Shown: piece by piece, positions 53,578-64,000 of the stretch
How the letters are laid out: each line of letters opens with the position of its first letter
Numbering within the stretch: position 1 is the first letter of the stretch
NCBI RefSeq assembly: GCF_006345805.1
Contig: NC_042998.1
Coordinates: 172,856,001-172,920,000, forward strand
DNA length: 64,000 nt
From: Octopus sinensis
Lineage: Eukaryota
Direction: 5' to 3'
Made by a program: the position numbers and the translations under genes
The notes under the pieces: model-generated
What the model was told of the DNA's origin: nothing
Seen by the model: only the letters and a program-made list of their open reading frames with translations
The model's database searches: none

Positions 53578-53580
<3 letters not shown>
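49530..53580 (+). mobile_element. RTE-BovB-type LINE, near full-length, endonuclease disrupted
   Basis: Long 5' UTR; APE motifs LATWNVRT, LQETR, GDFNARVG, HWHQLD, TDH. Stops at 50702-50704 and 51270-51272, and a 16-bp tandem duplication at 50721-50752. Purine-rich (GAA-like) tail. 5' boundary is approximate and no TSD was seen. Confidence 0.92.
51303..53507 (+). CDS. RTE reverse transcriptase ORF, 734 aa, with C-terminal C2H2-like motif
   Basis: APGQDGIP, YRGISLL, FIDLAKAFDS, GVKQGCILAPTLF, LFADD, FTYLGS, CSNCTRDCHSRIGLFSH.RRC. Confidence 0.9.
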   Translation: MSSLGKRERRNQDWFEAHLPEMEPVIAAKREALVNYKRDPSEKNLATLRTVRSDAQRTARRCANIYWQNLCQNIQCCADSGNVKGMYEGMKNAFGPTVSKVAPLKSRDGEVIKDQAKRMERWVEHYQNLYSTENVVTRSALAGIPALPVMEELDLPPTKEELSKAIDSLARGKAPGQDGIPAEVIQCGKPALLGHLHELLCQCWEEDSVPKDMRDANIITLYKNKGDRSDCNNYRGISLLSTVGKAFARVVLKRLQMLAERAYPESQSGFRAERSTIDMIFSLRQLQEKSREQRQPLYVAFIDLAKAFDSLSREELFALLGRIGCPPRLLKLIISFHDGMQGTVQFDGSPSESFPIQSGVKQGCILAPTLFGIFFSLVLSYAFRTSDDGVFLHTRADGGLFNLARLRAKTKVRQVLIREILFADDAALTSHNQPGLKRLVSSLADACQEFGLTIGLKKTEIMGQDVGGVPSISVGDHSLQVVNEFTYLGSTVSSSLSLEPELNRRIGKAAAAMAKLSRRVWENNMLTITTKIAVYRACVLSTLLYGSESWTTYTRQECRLSGFHMRCLRRILGISWKDRVPNGVILEQTNMPSMHALLVRRRLRWLGHVCRMQDGRMPKGILYSELTTGSRPKGRPQLRYRVVCKRDLKTANICVDTWEVTAADRSAWRRTVRKGVSMAEERRAQLWSDRRDRRRTTAATAHTYPSMFVCSNCTRDCHSRIGLFSHSRRCSSSK

Positions 53581-53611
<31 letters not shown>

Positions 53612-54670
53612 CAATTTCTGTATAATGTCATAATTTTACTTTCCCAGTAATCTATCTCTTGGTCATTGTTTCTATTCTGAATCTGATGGCTTTTGTGTTA
53701 TTTTATATTTTTAGGACCGCTTGTAACATTATAGAAGCGTAATTTTGCGTATAAATTAATTGCTGGATTTTCAAAGAACGATGAATCTTAGATCATCTTT
53801 GATCTCAATATTTTGTTCGCTATTTCTTATTGAGAAAGGTTATTGTTCTCATTTAGAAGCAATTATTCCCCCCATGTCTATGTGTGTTGTTTTATGATGA
53901 CTATTTTTTCAACAATGTTTTTCCCTTTTTCTGTTCACATTGTCAATGAATATTTGAAATTTATCATCAATATGTGTTTATTGCACGTTGAAGATATTGT
54001 GCAACACAGATCACCCTCCTATTACGTTACAAAAGTCATTACCATCTATGAATAAACGTATTATCAAATACCTGTTATTATAACTCTTGTGGTTTTCGCC
54101 TTTGGCTTATGTATTGAGGAACTAATGTGCAATCTGACAATTTCAGCTTGTGTTTTGGTTGCGTCTTCAGTTTTAATGATACTGTCGATAGTACCATAGC
54201 TTTCTTCCTCTTCTAGAACGTTTAGTCGTATGTTTGATTTTCTGTTGAATGTAGCTATTGGATAATTATTTGTCACTTTGGATTTGAAACTGTAGTATGT
54301 TTAAATATAATTTTAAAAGTTAGGAAAACAAATTTCTTTTGCTTCTGTTGTCATCCCTAAATATCGAGGGAAGTTTTTCGTTCGGCAATTACTCTTTCAG
54401 CAAATACTCAGAAGAAAAATTTCTTTAGTATGGCTTAAATAAAATGAGATTTGAAGGGAAAAGCAAAACGATGGTTTCTCATTTCTAGAGCCGAATATAT
54501 TATTATTATTTTTATCTCTTCTTTCTTCAAATTTTCTTCCGTTTCTCGCCGAGTGTTTTCCGTACACCTAGTGCAGATAAGCGCATTCCCAGATTACGCA
54601 CGCAAATTCACAGATAAATAAATAAAATTCATGGATGGATGTTGTTTTCACTTATTATTATTATTATTAT

Positions 54671-54993
54671 TGAGTAAGAGAGCAGTGCATGCCATCAAAG
54701 TGACACTGGGGTAAAATATACGAAGCCCAATATACCCATCATGACTACCCGTCTGATAAGGGTACACGAGGCACATGCATCACAACCATATGTGTGCGAC
54801 ACAGTGATCTCATATCAAGATAAACAGCGCATGACCTTGCAGGTGGGGCCCAGTTAGAATTTTCTTCAGGTCGAGTAACCCATCCCGTTCAAAAGGTCCC
54901 TGAATAAGGGTTGTTTAAGGATGTTGAACAAAACACCCATGTTTCCAGAGGTGAATTATTCAAACCCCAAAGAATCCCTCTCAACACATGGCT
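54671..54993 (-). mobile_element. S4 (tRNA-Gly SINE) 3' part
   Basis: Colinear with 3764-4085; (TTA)n on both sides. Confidence 0.85.
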
Positions 54994-55005
54994 TTATTAT
55001 TATTA

Positions 55006-55053
<48 letters not shown>

Positions 55054-55274
55054 CTTCTTTCTTCAAATTTTCTTCCGTTTCTCGCCGAGTGTTTTCCATA
55101 CACCTAGGGCAGAGAAGCGCATTGTATGCATTCCCAGATTACAAACGCAAATTCACAGATAAAATATGTATTTAAAAATTAATAAATAAATAAATTTATG
55201 AATGGATGTTGTTTTCACAGCGATAATGCTCTTCTCAGTACATGAGCCGTTCCAGTTAATACGATTTTAAAAAA

Positions 55275-55335
<61 letters not shown>

Positions 55336-55336
<1 letters not shown>

Positions 55337-58300
55337 TATGTTTGACTTTTGCTTTATATTTGTACAAGTTGGCTCCAAGTCTCACCCAGAGACCTCAAGA
55401 GACAACAGGGTTGGAAGTTCATGCTGTTGTTATGCCTAGTGTGCCATATATTTGGGGGGTGGGGGTGTTGTACTAATGAATGTCTAAAAAAAAGTTTTTT
55501 TTTTTTTTTTTTTTTAAACCGAAAACTATGTTGTTTTAAACCTTGAGATTACATAGAGAGTATTTTGCGTAGGATATGAGCAGTTCCCATGAGCACTATC
55601 TTTTGAATTTCTGCCATTTTTGGGTTTCCTGGTATCTGAGTTAGGTAGCTATCAGCCCCTTTTGCTATCATTCCAGGGCACCTATGACAACAGGTATTGT
55701 TTTAGTCTTCAGCTTCCACATTTTGCTGATTTCTATTTCAAGATCTTTATATTTGCTCAGTTTTTGGTAGGTCTTGACAGATACGTTTATATCGATTGGG
55801 ACAGTGATATCAATGAGGAGGCATGTTCTTTGTTTGAAGTCTTTCAATATGATGTCTGGCCTATTTGCATCTATCTTTCTGTCAGTTTGAATGGTGAAGT
55901 TCCAGAGGAGTGAGATGTGGTCATTTTCAAGCACTGGGAGTGGTTTGTGTTCCCACCAGTTTTTTTCATGGGGCAAATCCAGGTTTTTACAGATTACCCA
56001 GTGAATATATTGTGCAGCTCTATCGTGCCTGTTGAGATACTCTGTAGGCGCTAGAAGACTGCACCTGGAGACCACATGGTCAATGGTTTCATTTTGTTGC
56101 TTGCATACACGACACGTTGGACTGCTTCTGATCTTTAATATGTTGGCCTGGTAGTTTCTTGTTGGTAGGCATTGATCTTGAGCTACTATGATAAACCCCT
56201 CTGTTTCAGATTTTAAGCCAGAGGCCATTAGCCATTGATGGGTCAGGGCTTTGTCAACATCTGCATTATTTGCTCTCTTTGGGTATTTGCCATAGAGAGG
56301 TTTTTCTTGCCATTTATCATTCAGAATATCTAAGGCCGCAGATTTAGCACGGGTTTTCATGCGCTTAGCTTTTTCTGTGCCTGTTTCTTGTATGTCTATC
56401 TCTAATTCCGACATTTGTTGTATTCGGAATTCACTTAGATATTCCTTTGCCTGTTTTGTTACTGAGTATGATGCTTTCTTGTTTTCATGTTTTGAGACAA
56501 GTTTTAACATCCAGTCCTCAGAGTTTTTCAGGTAGGTGTCTAGGCCATTTGTAGCAATCTTCATTGTTATTGCCAGTTGTAAAAGTCCACGGCCTCCCTC
56601 TTTTCTTGGCAGATAAAGTCGTTCTGTATCTGCCTTAGGGTGGTGCATTCTATGCATTGTCAACAGTTTTCGTATTTTTCTGTCAAGATTACATATTTCA
56701 GTAATTGACCAGTTAACGATATTGAAACTGTAAGTCACGACTGGTATGGCTAATGCATTGATCGCTTCGATCCTGTTTCTCGCATTCAGCTCTGTCTTGA
56801 GTATTGCTCTTACTCTGCGATAGCATTCTCTCCTGATCCTTTCCTTCATCTCTGAATGCCTTATTCCTTCACCTTCAATTACCCCTAGATACTTGTAGTT
56901 CTCTGCTGGGTCTAATTCTTTTATGACATTCTGCTGGTCAAGGTTAACGTTAGATGTTTCTGTCATTTTTCCTTTGATAAAGGTAGCTTTTGCGCATTTA
57001 TCGAGGCCAAATTGCATTCTGATGTCATCACTGAATTGTTTGACAATCGCTAGTAAGCCCTTGAGTTGTTGGTCATTTTTTGCAAAGAGCTTTAAATCAT
57101 CCATGTAAATGAGATGATTTATATTTTTATGAAACATTTTATACCCGTACTGCGCATCATTGAGCAGTTTTGAGAGAGGTATTAAGGCTAAACAGAAGAG
57201 GAGCGGTGATAGTGAGTCACCCTGGAAAATGCCACATGAAATTTTTACATCACCAGCATTTAGAGATTCATTGTCACTGTTCAAAGTTAGTGTGGTTCTC
57301 CATGATCTCATACTTACAGACAAAAAGTTTCGCAGAGCAGGTGCTATCTTATACATTTCTAGGCATTTATTAATCCAGCTATGTGGTAGGCTATCAAAAG
57401 CCTTTTTATAGTCTATCCAGGCTATTGATAAGTTTTTGTGTCGTTTGTGACAATCTTCTAAGATCATCTTATTGATGAGTAGTTGATCTTTACAACCGTA
57501 GGATCCACGTTTACATCCTTTCTGTTCATTAGGGAATATGCTGCTGTCTGTCAAAAAACTATAGGTATATTCCGTCAGGACAGATGTTAGTGTTTTATAC
57601 ATAGTTGTTAAGCAGGTTATGGGTCTATAGTTTTTGGGTTCATTTGTTTCTTCACTTTTTGGAAGCAGAAATGTTAACCCATTAACTAGCCAAGGAGGCA
57701 TCCTACTAGGGTGTTGCAAGACATCATTGTAAAGTTCTGCTAGCAGTTCATGGCTCTCTGGGAAGGCATTCAACCAAAAGTTAGGGATTTTATCCTTTCC
57801 TGGAGACTTCCATTTGCTTGACCTCCCGAGAGCAGATCTTATATCTTCTATCTTGACACCCTCCCACTTTTGCTCTTCTAAGGAGTCCAGTTCTTTAGAT
57901 ATTCTATCAATCCAGGGGGCCTTTTCACTGTGTGTTTTTTCTTCTGCCCAAATTTTATTCCAAAATCCCTGCACTTATTCTTTTGATGGTACAGACTTAA
58001 CAGTAACTGTTGTTTTTCCTATCTTCCTGTAAAAATTTTTGGGGTTATTTTTGAACATGTTGTTGTCCCTGAAGAATCTAATACGCTTTTCATACCTCGC
58101 TATGCGGGCAGCTTTAGCAGATACCTTTTGCTTGATGGTTTCTATGGTGGCATCAATATCAAGTATAGTTTCCATATTATATTTTTTCATTAGTTTTTGG
58201 GTTTTTGCAGGTTTGGTAGTCTTATGAACCTTAAAGTTTTTCAAATATTCAATGTCAGATCTAAATAGTTTAATTTGTTGTTGCAAACGCTCTTGCCAAG

Positions 58301-58808
58301 AAGGCTTTTTGTGGAAATGTTGCCGTTTTCTAATCTTTGCACCACATAGGATCGTTGAGATTTTCGCGGATGCATAGTATAGGTGGTTGAGATCTGTGAT
58401 ATCAACATCATTAGCTGAAATTATATCCTTAAGTGCAAGCCGGATTTTACCAATTATTTTCATGTTTTGGTTAGATTTGCGTATTTTAGGGAGTGTATCA
58501 CGTTCATCCATACTGGTTTCTTTAATTTTCAGCCATTCAATCATGATTTCACTTTTTAGCTCATGTAGTTCTGTCGGGTCAATATTTGTGTGACTTTCTT
58601 CATCTATTTGATGTTCATCTGTCTTAGTGTTTATATTTGGTTCAGGGAGTATTTCACTTTGCCTACCACTTATACTAACTCTTTCAATCCTTACTTCGTT
58701 TTTATTAGCTCTGAGCTGGTCTATAATTATTTCCTCTGTATTATCTTCTTTAGCTGCAGCTTCGTTCATTCTATCCGTTACTGCTTGTTTAATTTGATCA
58801 ATCTCTAC
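55336..58808 (-). mobile_element. Dong/R4 LINE family B, second and longer copy
   Basis: ORFs 57975-58769 and 55668-57974 are split by one TAA; a late frameshift occurs after IPVVIGAL. GIFQGDSLSPLLF and YMDDLKL are present. (TTA)n at 55278-55335 and 58809-58843. Confidence 0.95.
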
Positions 58809-58843
<35 letters not shown>

Positions 58844-58849
58844 TTTATT

Positions 58850-59587
58850 CAGTAGTTTTATTTTTATAGCGTGCTTTCACTTCACTACCGAGCGCAGCTC
58901 CGTGTGCCTTGGGTATGTGCTGTGATTTGTTGTGATGCTCTGATGGTTATTGTATGGAAAGTGTTCTGCGTAGGATGTGTGCAGTGCCTAGTAGTGCAAT
59001 TTTCTGTATGTTATATGTGTTTGTAAGTCCTGGTGTTTTTGTTATGTATTTGTCTGAATATTTTTTTATCATGCCTAATGCACCTACTATGATAGGAATT
59101 GTTTCTGTTTTCAGGTTCCACATTCTAGTTACCTCTATTTCCAGGTCTTTGTATTTTGAGAGTTTCTCCATTTCTTTTAGAGACACGTTGTCATCTGCCG
59201 GTATTGATACATCAATTAGAAAGCATTTTTTTCCTTCATGATCTCTGACAACTATATCTGGTCTGTTGGCCTTAATTTCTCTATCTGTGTGTATCGGCAT
59301 ATCCCAGAGTATGGTTGCTTTCTCGTTTTCTGTGACCTTTTCTGGTGTGTGCCTATACCATCTTTTTTCTGTTGTTATTCCATAATGTTGGCATAGCTTC
59401 CAATGTATGTAGGTTCCAACTCTGTCATGTCTGTGAATATATTCCTTCTTAGCCAGGACTGGGCAGCTAGAGATAATATGATTTATTGTTTCTTGTCCAT
59501 CTCCACATATTCTGCAGTTACTTGTAATATTTCTTTTCATTACATGTTTTTGGTAATTTCTGGTGGGGAGGCTTTGGTCTTGTGCTG
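58850..59587 (-). mobile_element. Dong/R4 LINE family A, 3' 0.74 kb
   Basis: ORF 58947-59540 (CRIC..H..C, RPD, KYKDL, LRRTLSIQ*) and the same 3' UTR as 29099-29195. (TTA)n at 59588-59667. Confidence 0.95.
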
Positions 59588-59667
59588 TATTATTATTATT
59601 ATTATTATTGTTATTATTATTATTATCATTATTATTATTATTATTATCATTATTATTAATATTATTA

Positions 59668-60345
59668 TGCCAGTACTTACTAATTTAGTTAGCATGTATT
59701 TTATCTTGATGTTTGGTGACAACAAGTCTCCCCAGGTCTCAAGAATCTTCTATTGGATTCTTTCAGAATATATGATAGTACTTTTCTGCAGTTCGATAGT
59801 GAAAGTTTGAAATTCAATCTCTTTCAGTTCTGCCAAGTGCACCAATTACTACAGGAATAATTGTTGTCTTGGTTTTCAAGAGTCTCCTCATGTCTCTGGC
59901 TAGATCCTAATATTTATTAAACCTATGATATTACACTGTCTACTTTGTCCTTTGTGATCACATCTAACCTTTTTGCTTCAATATCGTGCATATATATGGA
60001 GAAATCCTACAAGATCTTGTAATTCTAATTTTCTATCATAACCTCTGTTTCGTGTTAATACTACTTTTCTATTGTTTTGAAGCGATACACTCGGCTAACT
60101 TTCCAATTCACACTTTTGTCTACACAGTCACATTTGCTTTTATATTCCTTTTCTGATAGTACGCTGCACTCACTAAAAAGGTGATTGATATTTTCCTCTG
60201 CTTTCCTGCAGATTCTGCGTTTGCTGTCTGTCTGAGTTTTGTCAATCTTTGACTTTATCAGGTTTGTTCTAAGAGCTTGTTCTTGAGCCGCTATAGTTAG
60301 AGATTATCTTCCTCATTTTGTGTTCCCGTCCATCATACAAAGTCA
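59668..60345 (-). mobile_element. Degenerate Dong/R4 3' part (family G)
   Basis: IAAQEQALRTN, RIC..AEENINHLFSEC, IIPVVIGALG on the minus strand. Confidence 0.7.
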
Positions 60346-60373
60346 ATTGTTATTTTTATCATTATCATTATAA

Positions 60374-63300
60374 TTCCTTCGTAACACAGCGCCGGTTTTT
60401 AGTCATCTGTCCAGTCACAACAAGGACCTAAGACAAATAATATTTTCCTTAAGATGTGCGCTGTGCCCAATAAGGCTGCTTTTTGCAAGACATCAATCTT
60501 GCATGTGATTTCCAGTTGCCTTAAGAAGTCTTGAAGTTTCAATGGGATTGAGCGCAACGCTCCGATCACCACTGGTATCACTTTTAAATTACGCTCTCGC
60601 ATTCCACACAGTCTTGCCATTTCCACTTTGAATTCGGAGTACATAGTGAATTTTCAACTTCTTTACTCACAACATTCATGTCACTTGGTATGGCTACATC
60701 AATGATCTAACATATTTCGTCTCCCTTATTCAACACAACAACTTAACGTCCTGTGTATCCCTTTGAAACTGTCCATGCATTCTCATTTCATGGTCTTCTT
60801 TTCTCTTCATCTCAGCTCTTTGGTTAAACTCTTCTTTGCCCATCATTTCATTTGCAATTACACCCGTATCTTTCGCGGCATATTGCAGCACGTCGTCATC
60901 ACTATTTATCAAATACTCGGCAAGCGTTCTCCTTTTACTCTTTATACAATGGTCTATACAAATTAGTACTCTGCCACCATTCTTTCTTTTCATATACAGT
61001 CTGTTTTCGTTTGCTTTAAGGTGTAGCGCCCCATGCAGCGTCACCAGCTTTCTCGTCCTTCTATCCAGTGTTGATATTTCCTCCTTAATCCCTTTGAGGA
61101 TGGACGCAGTATATCTGACCACTGCAACTGCCCAGATATTCATTACAGTAATCAACATTTTGGCATCCAGGTTAGATTTCAACACGATCTTCACCCTTTT
61201 TTGATACGCCTCGCTGACCTTGACTTTCATTTCTCAGTGTAGAATGTAATCCAGCTCCAAAATCCCTAAATATCTATACCAACGACCGCCTGCTTCACCC
61301 ATAGTTTCTCTTGATGGTAACCGCAATTCTCTGCAGGATGCTGTCTTGATGCTGTCTTACCTCTTTTCATATTAAGTACTGAGTATTTGGTAATCCCAAA
61401 TTCCATACCGATGTCCCTACCACACTTATAGACTGTTTTGGTTAAGGAATCTATCTGTTTTTCAGGATTCCCAAACAATTTCAGGTCATCCATAAACAGA
61501 AGATGGTTCAGTGATGTGCCTTTCTTCCCACGTCGGTAACCCATCTTAACATTCCTAAGTGCCATTGTTATAGGTATTACTGCAATTACAAATAGTATCG
61601 GAGAAAACGAGTCACCTTGGAAGATTCCCCTTTTACTATTAACTTCTCCAAGGACTATATTACTTGAGTAAAATTTAGTTTTCCACTCTTTCCTGCCATG
61701 CATCAGAAAATTTGTGATGTTGTCAGCAATACCAAACATCTGCAGGCATTCAACGATCCAAGAATGAGGCATCATATCATATGCCTTCTTAAAGTCAATC
61801 CAAGCCAAAGATATGTTTGTATGATGCTTTTTACAATGCCTCAAAACTGTTTATCGATTACCAGGTGATCCTTGGTACCCTGAGAACTCTTCCTACATCC
61901 TTTTTCTTCCCTTGGTAGTACTTCTTCCTGTGCCAGGAGTCAATGTCTTTGCCGCACAGATTCCAGTGAGTATCTTCCAGATTATGTACATGCATGCTTT
62001 GGGGCGATAGTTTCCCACAATATTCCCAATTCTTCTATATTTCTTTATAAGTGTTGTCCTCCCAGTCCCTATCCACACTCATTCAATTAGATTGCTAATA
62101 TTTCATGCACCGCGTGGCAACTCTTCAGCCAGAAGCCATGAATCTCATTTGGTCCGGGGACTTTCCAGTTAAGCACTTTACCCACTTGTTCTTTCACATC
62201 ACCTGTGCTTATGACAATATTCTTTTGTTTCTTTCCTCCTTGTCATTCTGTCTTGTTAATTCCTATTCACATTGCATCCCTCTTATGCGCCATGTTATTT
62301 TCCCATAATCCGCTCCAGAACTCCTAGGCTTGATCTGAGTCAGGAGCAACATTTTCCCCATTGTCTTCTTCTATCGTTCGGAAGAATTGCTTCGGACTAT
62401 TTTTGAATAATCTGTTCTCGAACTGCTTATTTCTGTTCATAAATATTCTGATCTTCTGGCTCTTCACTATGATCTGTTTTAATTGCTCATCAAACCCGTT
62501 CTACCGTATTTTATATTTCTTCTCTAATTTTTCTCGGTTGGTCTTTTTGCCTAGATTTTGCATTGCTCGCATTATGTCTCTTTCAATGCATCGTTTTCAC
62601 CATGATTCTTTTGCTCCACCATTTTTTGTTCTCTTTAGTTGTAATTTCTCCTCAACAACTAGTGCAATAGCTCGGAGAAGATTCTTTGTTTGTGTTATGT
62701 CCTCCGTCTGTATTTATGCTATGACCGTATTTATATTTCGTGTTACTTAATTTATCATAGTCCTATTTACCCTTCTCATATTCACGGGGATGTTTTCTTC
62801 TGGAGCGTTCATCAAGTCGGTGCGTCGTCTTTGAATATCTAGCAATTCATCATCTAGTTGGTTTATTTCATTGCAAGTACACCACCACAATAGCAGGATT
62901 CACTGTATAACGTTCCTGTTCTTCATCCTTAACAGCCCCATCACCATTTCCCTGTTCCACTTGTGTATTATTCTCTCTGCTTTCAACTCCTACCTCTGTT
63001 TCCAACGCCAACCATCCTTTGTAGCCCATCCGCAGGGTCTCTCAGACTCTCACTAATCCGAGATATTTCTATTCCAGTTAAGTAACCCTTCACTCTCACT
63101 TGGTTCATTAGTTTATTTTCTGATATTGGACACATGTCCTTTCCATCCAAAATCTCGAGGTACGTCGGCCTACTGCACGATTTCTTTCCAGCTTTTTCTT
63201 TTTCATGACAGTCAATAAGTGTGTATCGTACTCTTCCTTCATCTACTTATGTCTGTTTTTGCGAACACCGTGTATGTGATCTGTTATGACATAAAGGCCG

Positions 63301-63455
63301 TTCGTGGTCAGATCAGTGTTCCTGATGTGGGCGGTTTCGGACTGCCGAGAGGGAATCCTTCACCATGATCGGCTAAATCTCCATTCCCGCCGTTAATTTT
63401 TCCATTGTTGTGCTCATGGGGTTCCCACGAGAATTGTTGTTGAGAACCCATCTCT
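60374..63455 (-). mobile_element. Old, near-full-length Dong/R4 LINE (family H)
   Basis: IPVVIGAL..KAALLGTAHILRK (60399-60644); GALHLKANENRLY..GGR; AWIDFKKAYD, GIFQGDSFSP, HLLFMDDLKL (61266-61844). Degenerate coding sequence extends to ~63450, next to a (CA)n tract. Confidence 0.8.
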
Positions 63456-63459
63456 CTCT

Positions 63460-63511
<52 letters not shown>

Positions 63512-63659
63512 CACACACACATACACACACACAAACACACACACACATATATATAAATAACGTGCTTGCATTGAATCGCCTCCATAACAAGACTGATTAT
63601 CATTATCAGCATCGTTCTACCTAAAGCATTTAAAAATGTCAATAATAATATGGGACCCG

Positions 63660-63945
63660 GAATATTGCTGCAGCTCTTCGTCACTCTTTATTAAATACTC
63701 GGCTAGCGTTCTCCTTTCACTCCTTATACAATGATCTATACTAATTGTCCCCATTCTTTCTTTTCATATATAATCTGTTAACGCTTGCAGTTATCTCTTA
63801 ATACTATCTTTTGCGCTCCCTGCATAAATAGTAATCCAGGGATCATTGTCAACTAATTTTTAGTTCCTTTACTGATCATTTGAAGCGCTCCCACAAATAC
63901 TGGTATTGTAACCGTCTTGAGATGCTAACTTTGCTCCAGCTCCTA
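63660..63945 (-). mobile_element. Rearranged Dong/R4 fragments
   Basis: 63660-63790 resembles 60880-61010; 63840-63945 reads KTVTIPVFVGALQMI. Confidence 0.6.
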
Positions 63946-64000
63946 TCGTCATTATTATTATTATCATCATCATCATCATCATCATCAGTAGTAGTAGTAG

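Noticed and set aside
54064-54276. ORF faintly resembling a Helitron PIF1 helicase segment (SYGTIDS...TRVIIT)
   Set aside because: Only a few residues match, and no helicase motifs or Helitron termini were seen.

Overview
AT-rich, microsatellite-dense eukaryotic DNA. It is most likely an octopus (coleoid cephalopod) genome; this is inferred from the mix of tRNA-SINEs, Dong/R4, RTE-BovB, Penelope and mariner elements. Most of the window is transposon-derived, and only one convincing host exon was found (minus strand, 26460-27131). The most striking structures are two different Penelope-like elements (PLEs), each built as a large inverted repeat whose arms carry type I hammerhead ribozymes. These hammerheads have an unusually long rod-like stem II and the same palindromic stem III (GAAACGATCGTA). 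PLE-1 (about 6.4-17.4 kb) is old. It has tandem partial repeats, an inverted RT segment and a nested RT-deleted Tx1 element with a 15-bp target-site duplication (TSD). PLE-2 (46064-49091) is young. Its ~1 kb near-identical arms flank an intact 169-aa GIY-YIG ORF with no RT, and the ORF's ATG lies inside the inverted arm. Also present: two opposite-polarity trains of (AAT)n-delimited Dong/R4 LINEs, a near-full-length GC-rich RTE-BovB LINE, a defective mariner, a 180-bp foldback, a MITE-like element and many SINEs. All calls were made by eye; no database search or folding program was run.
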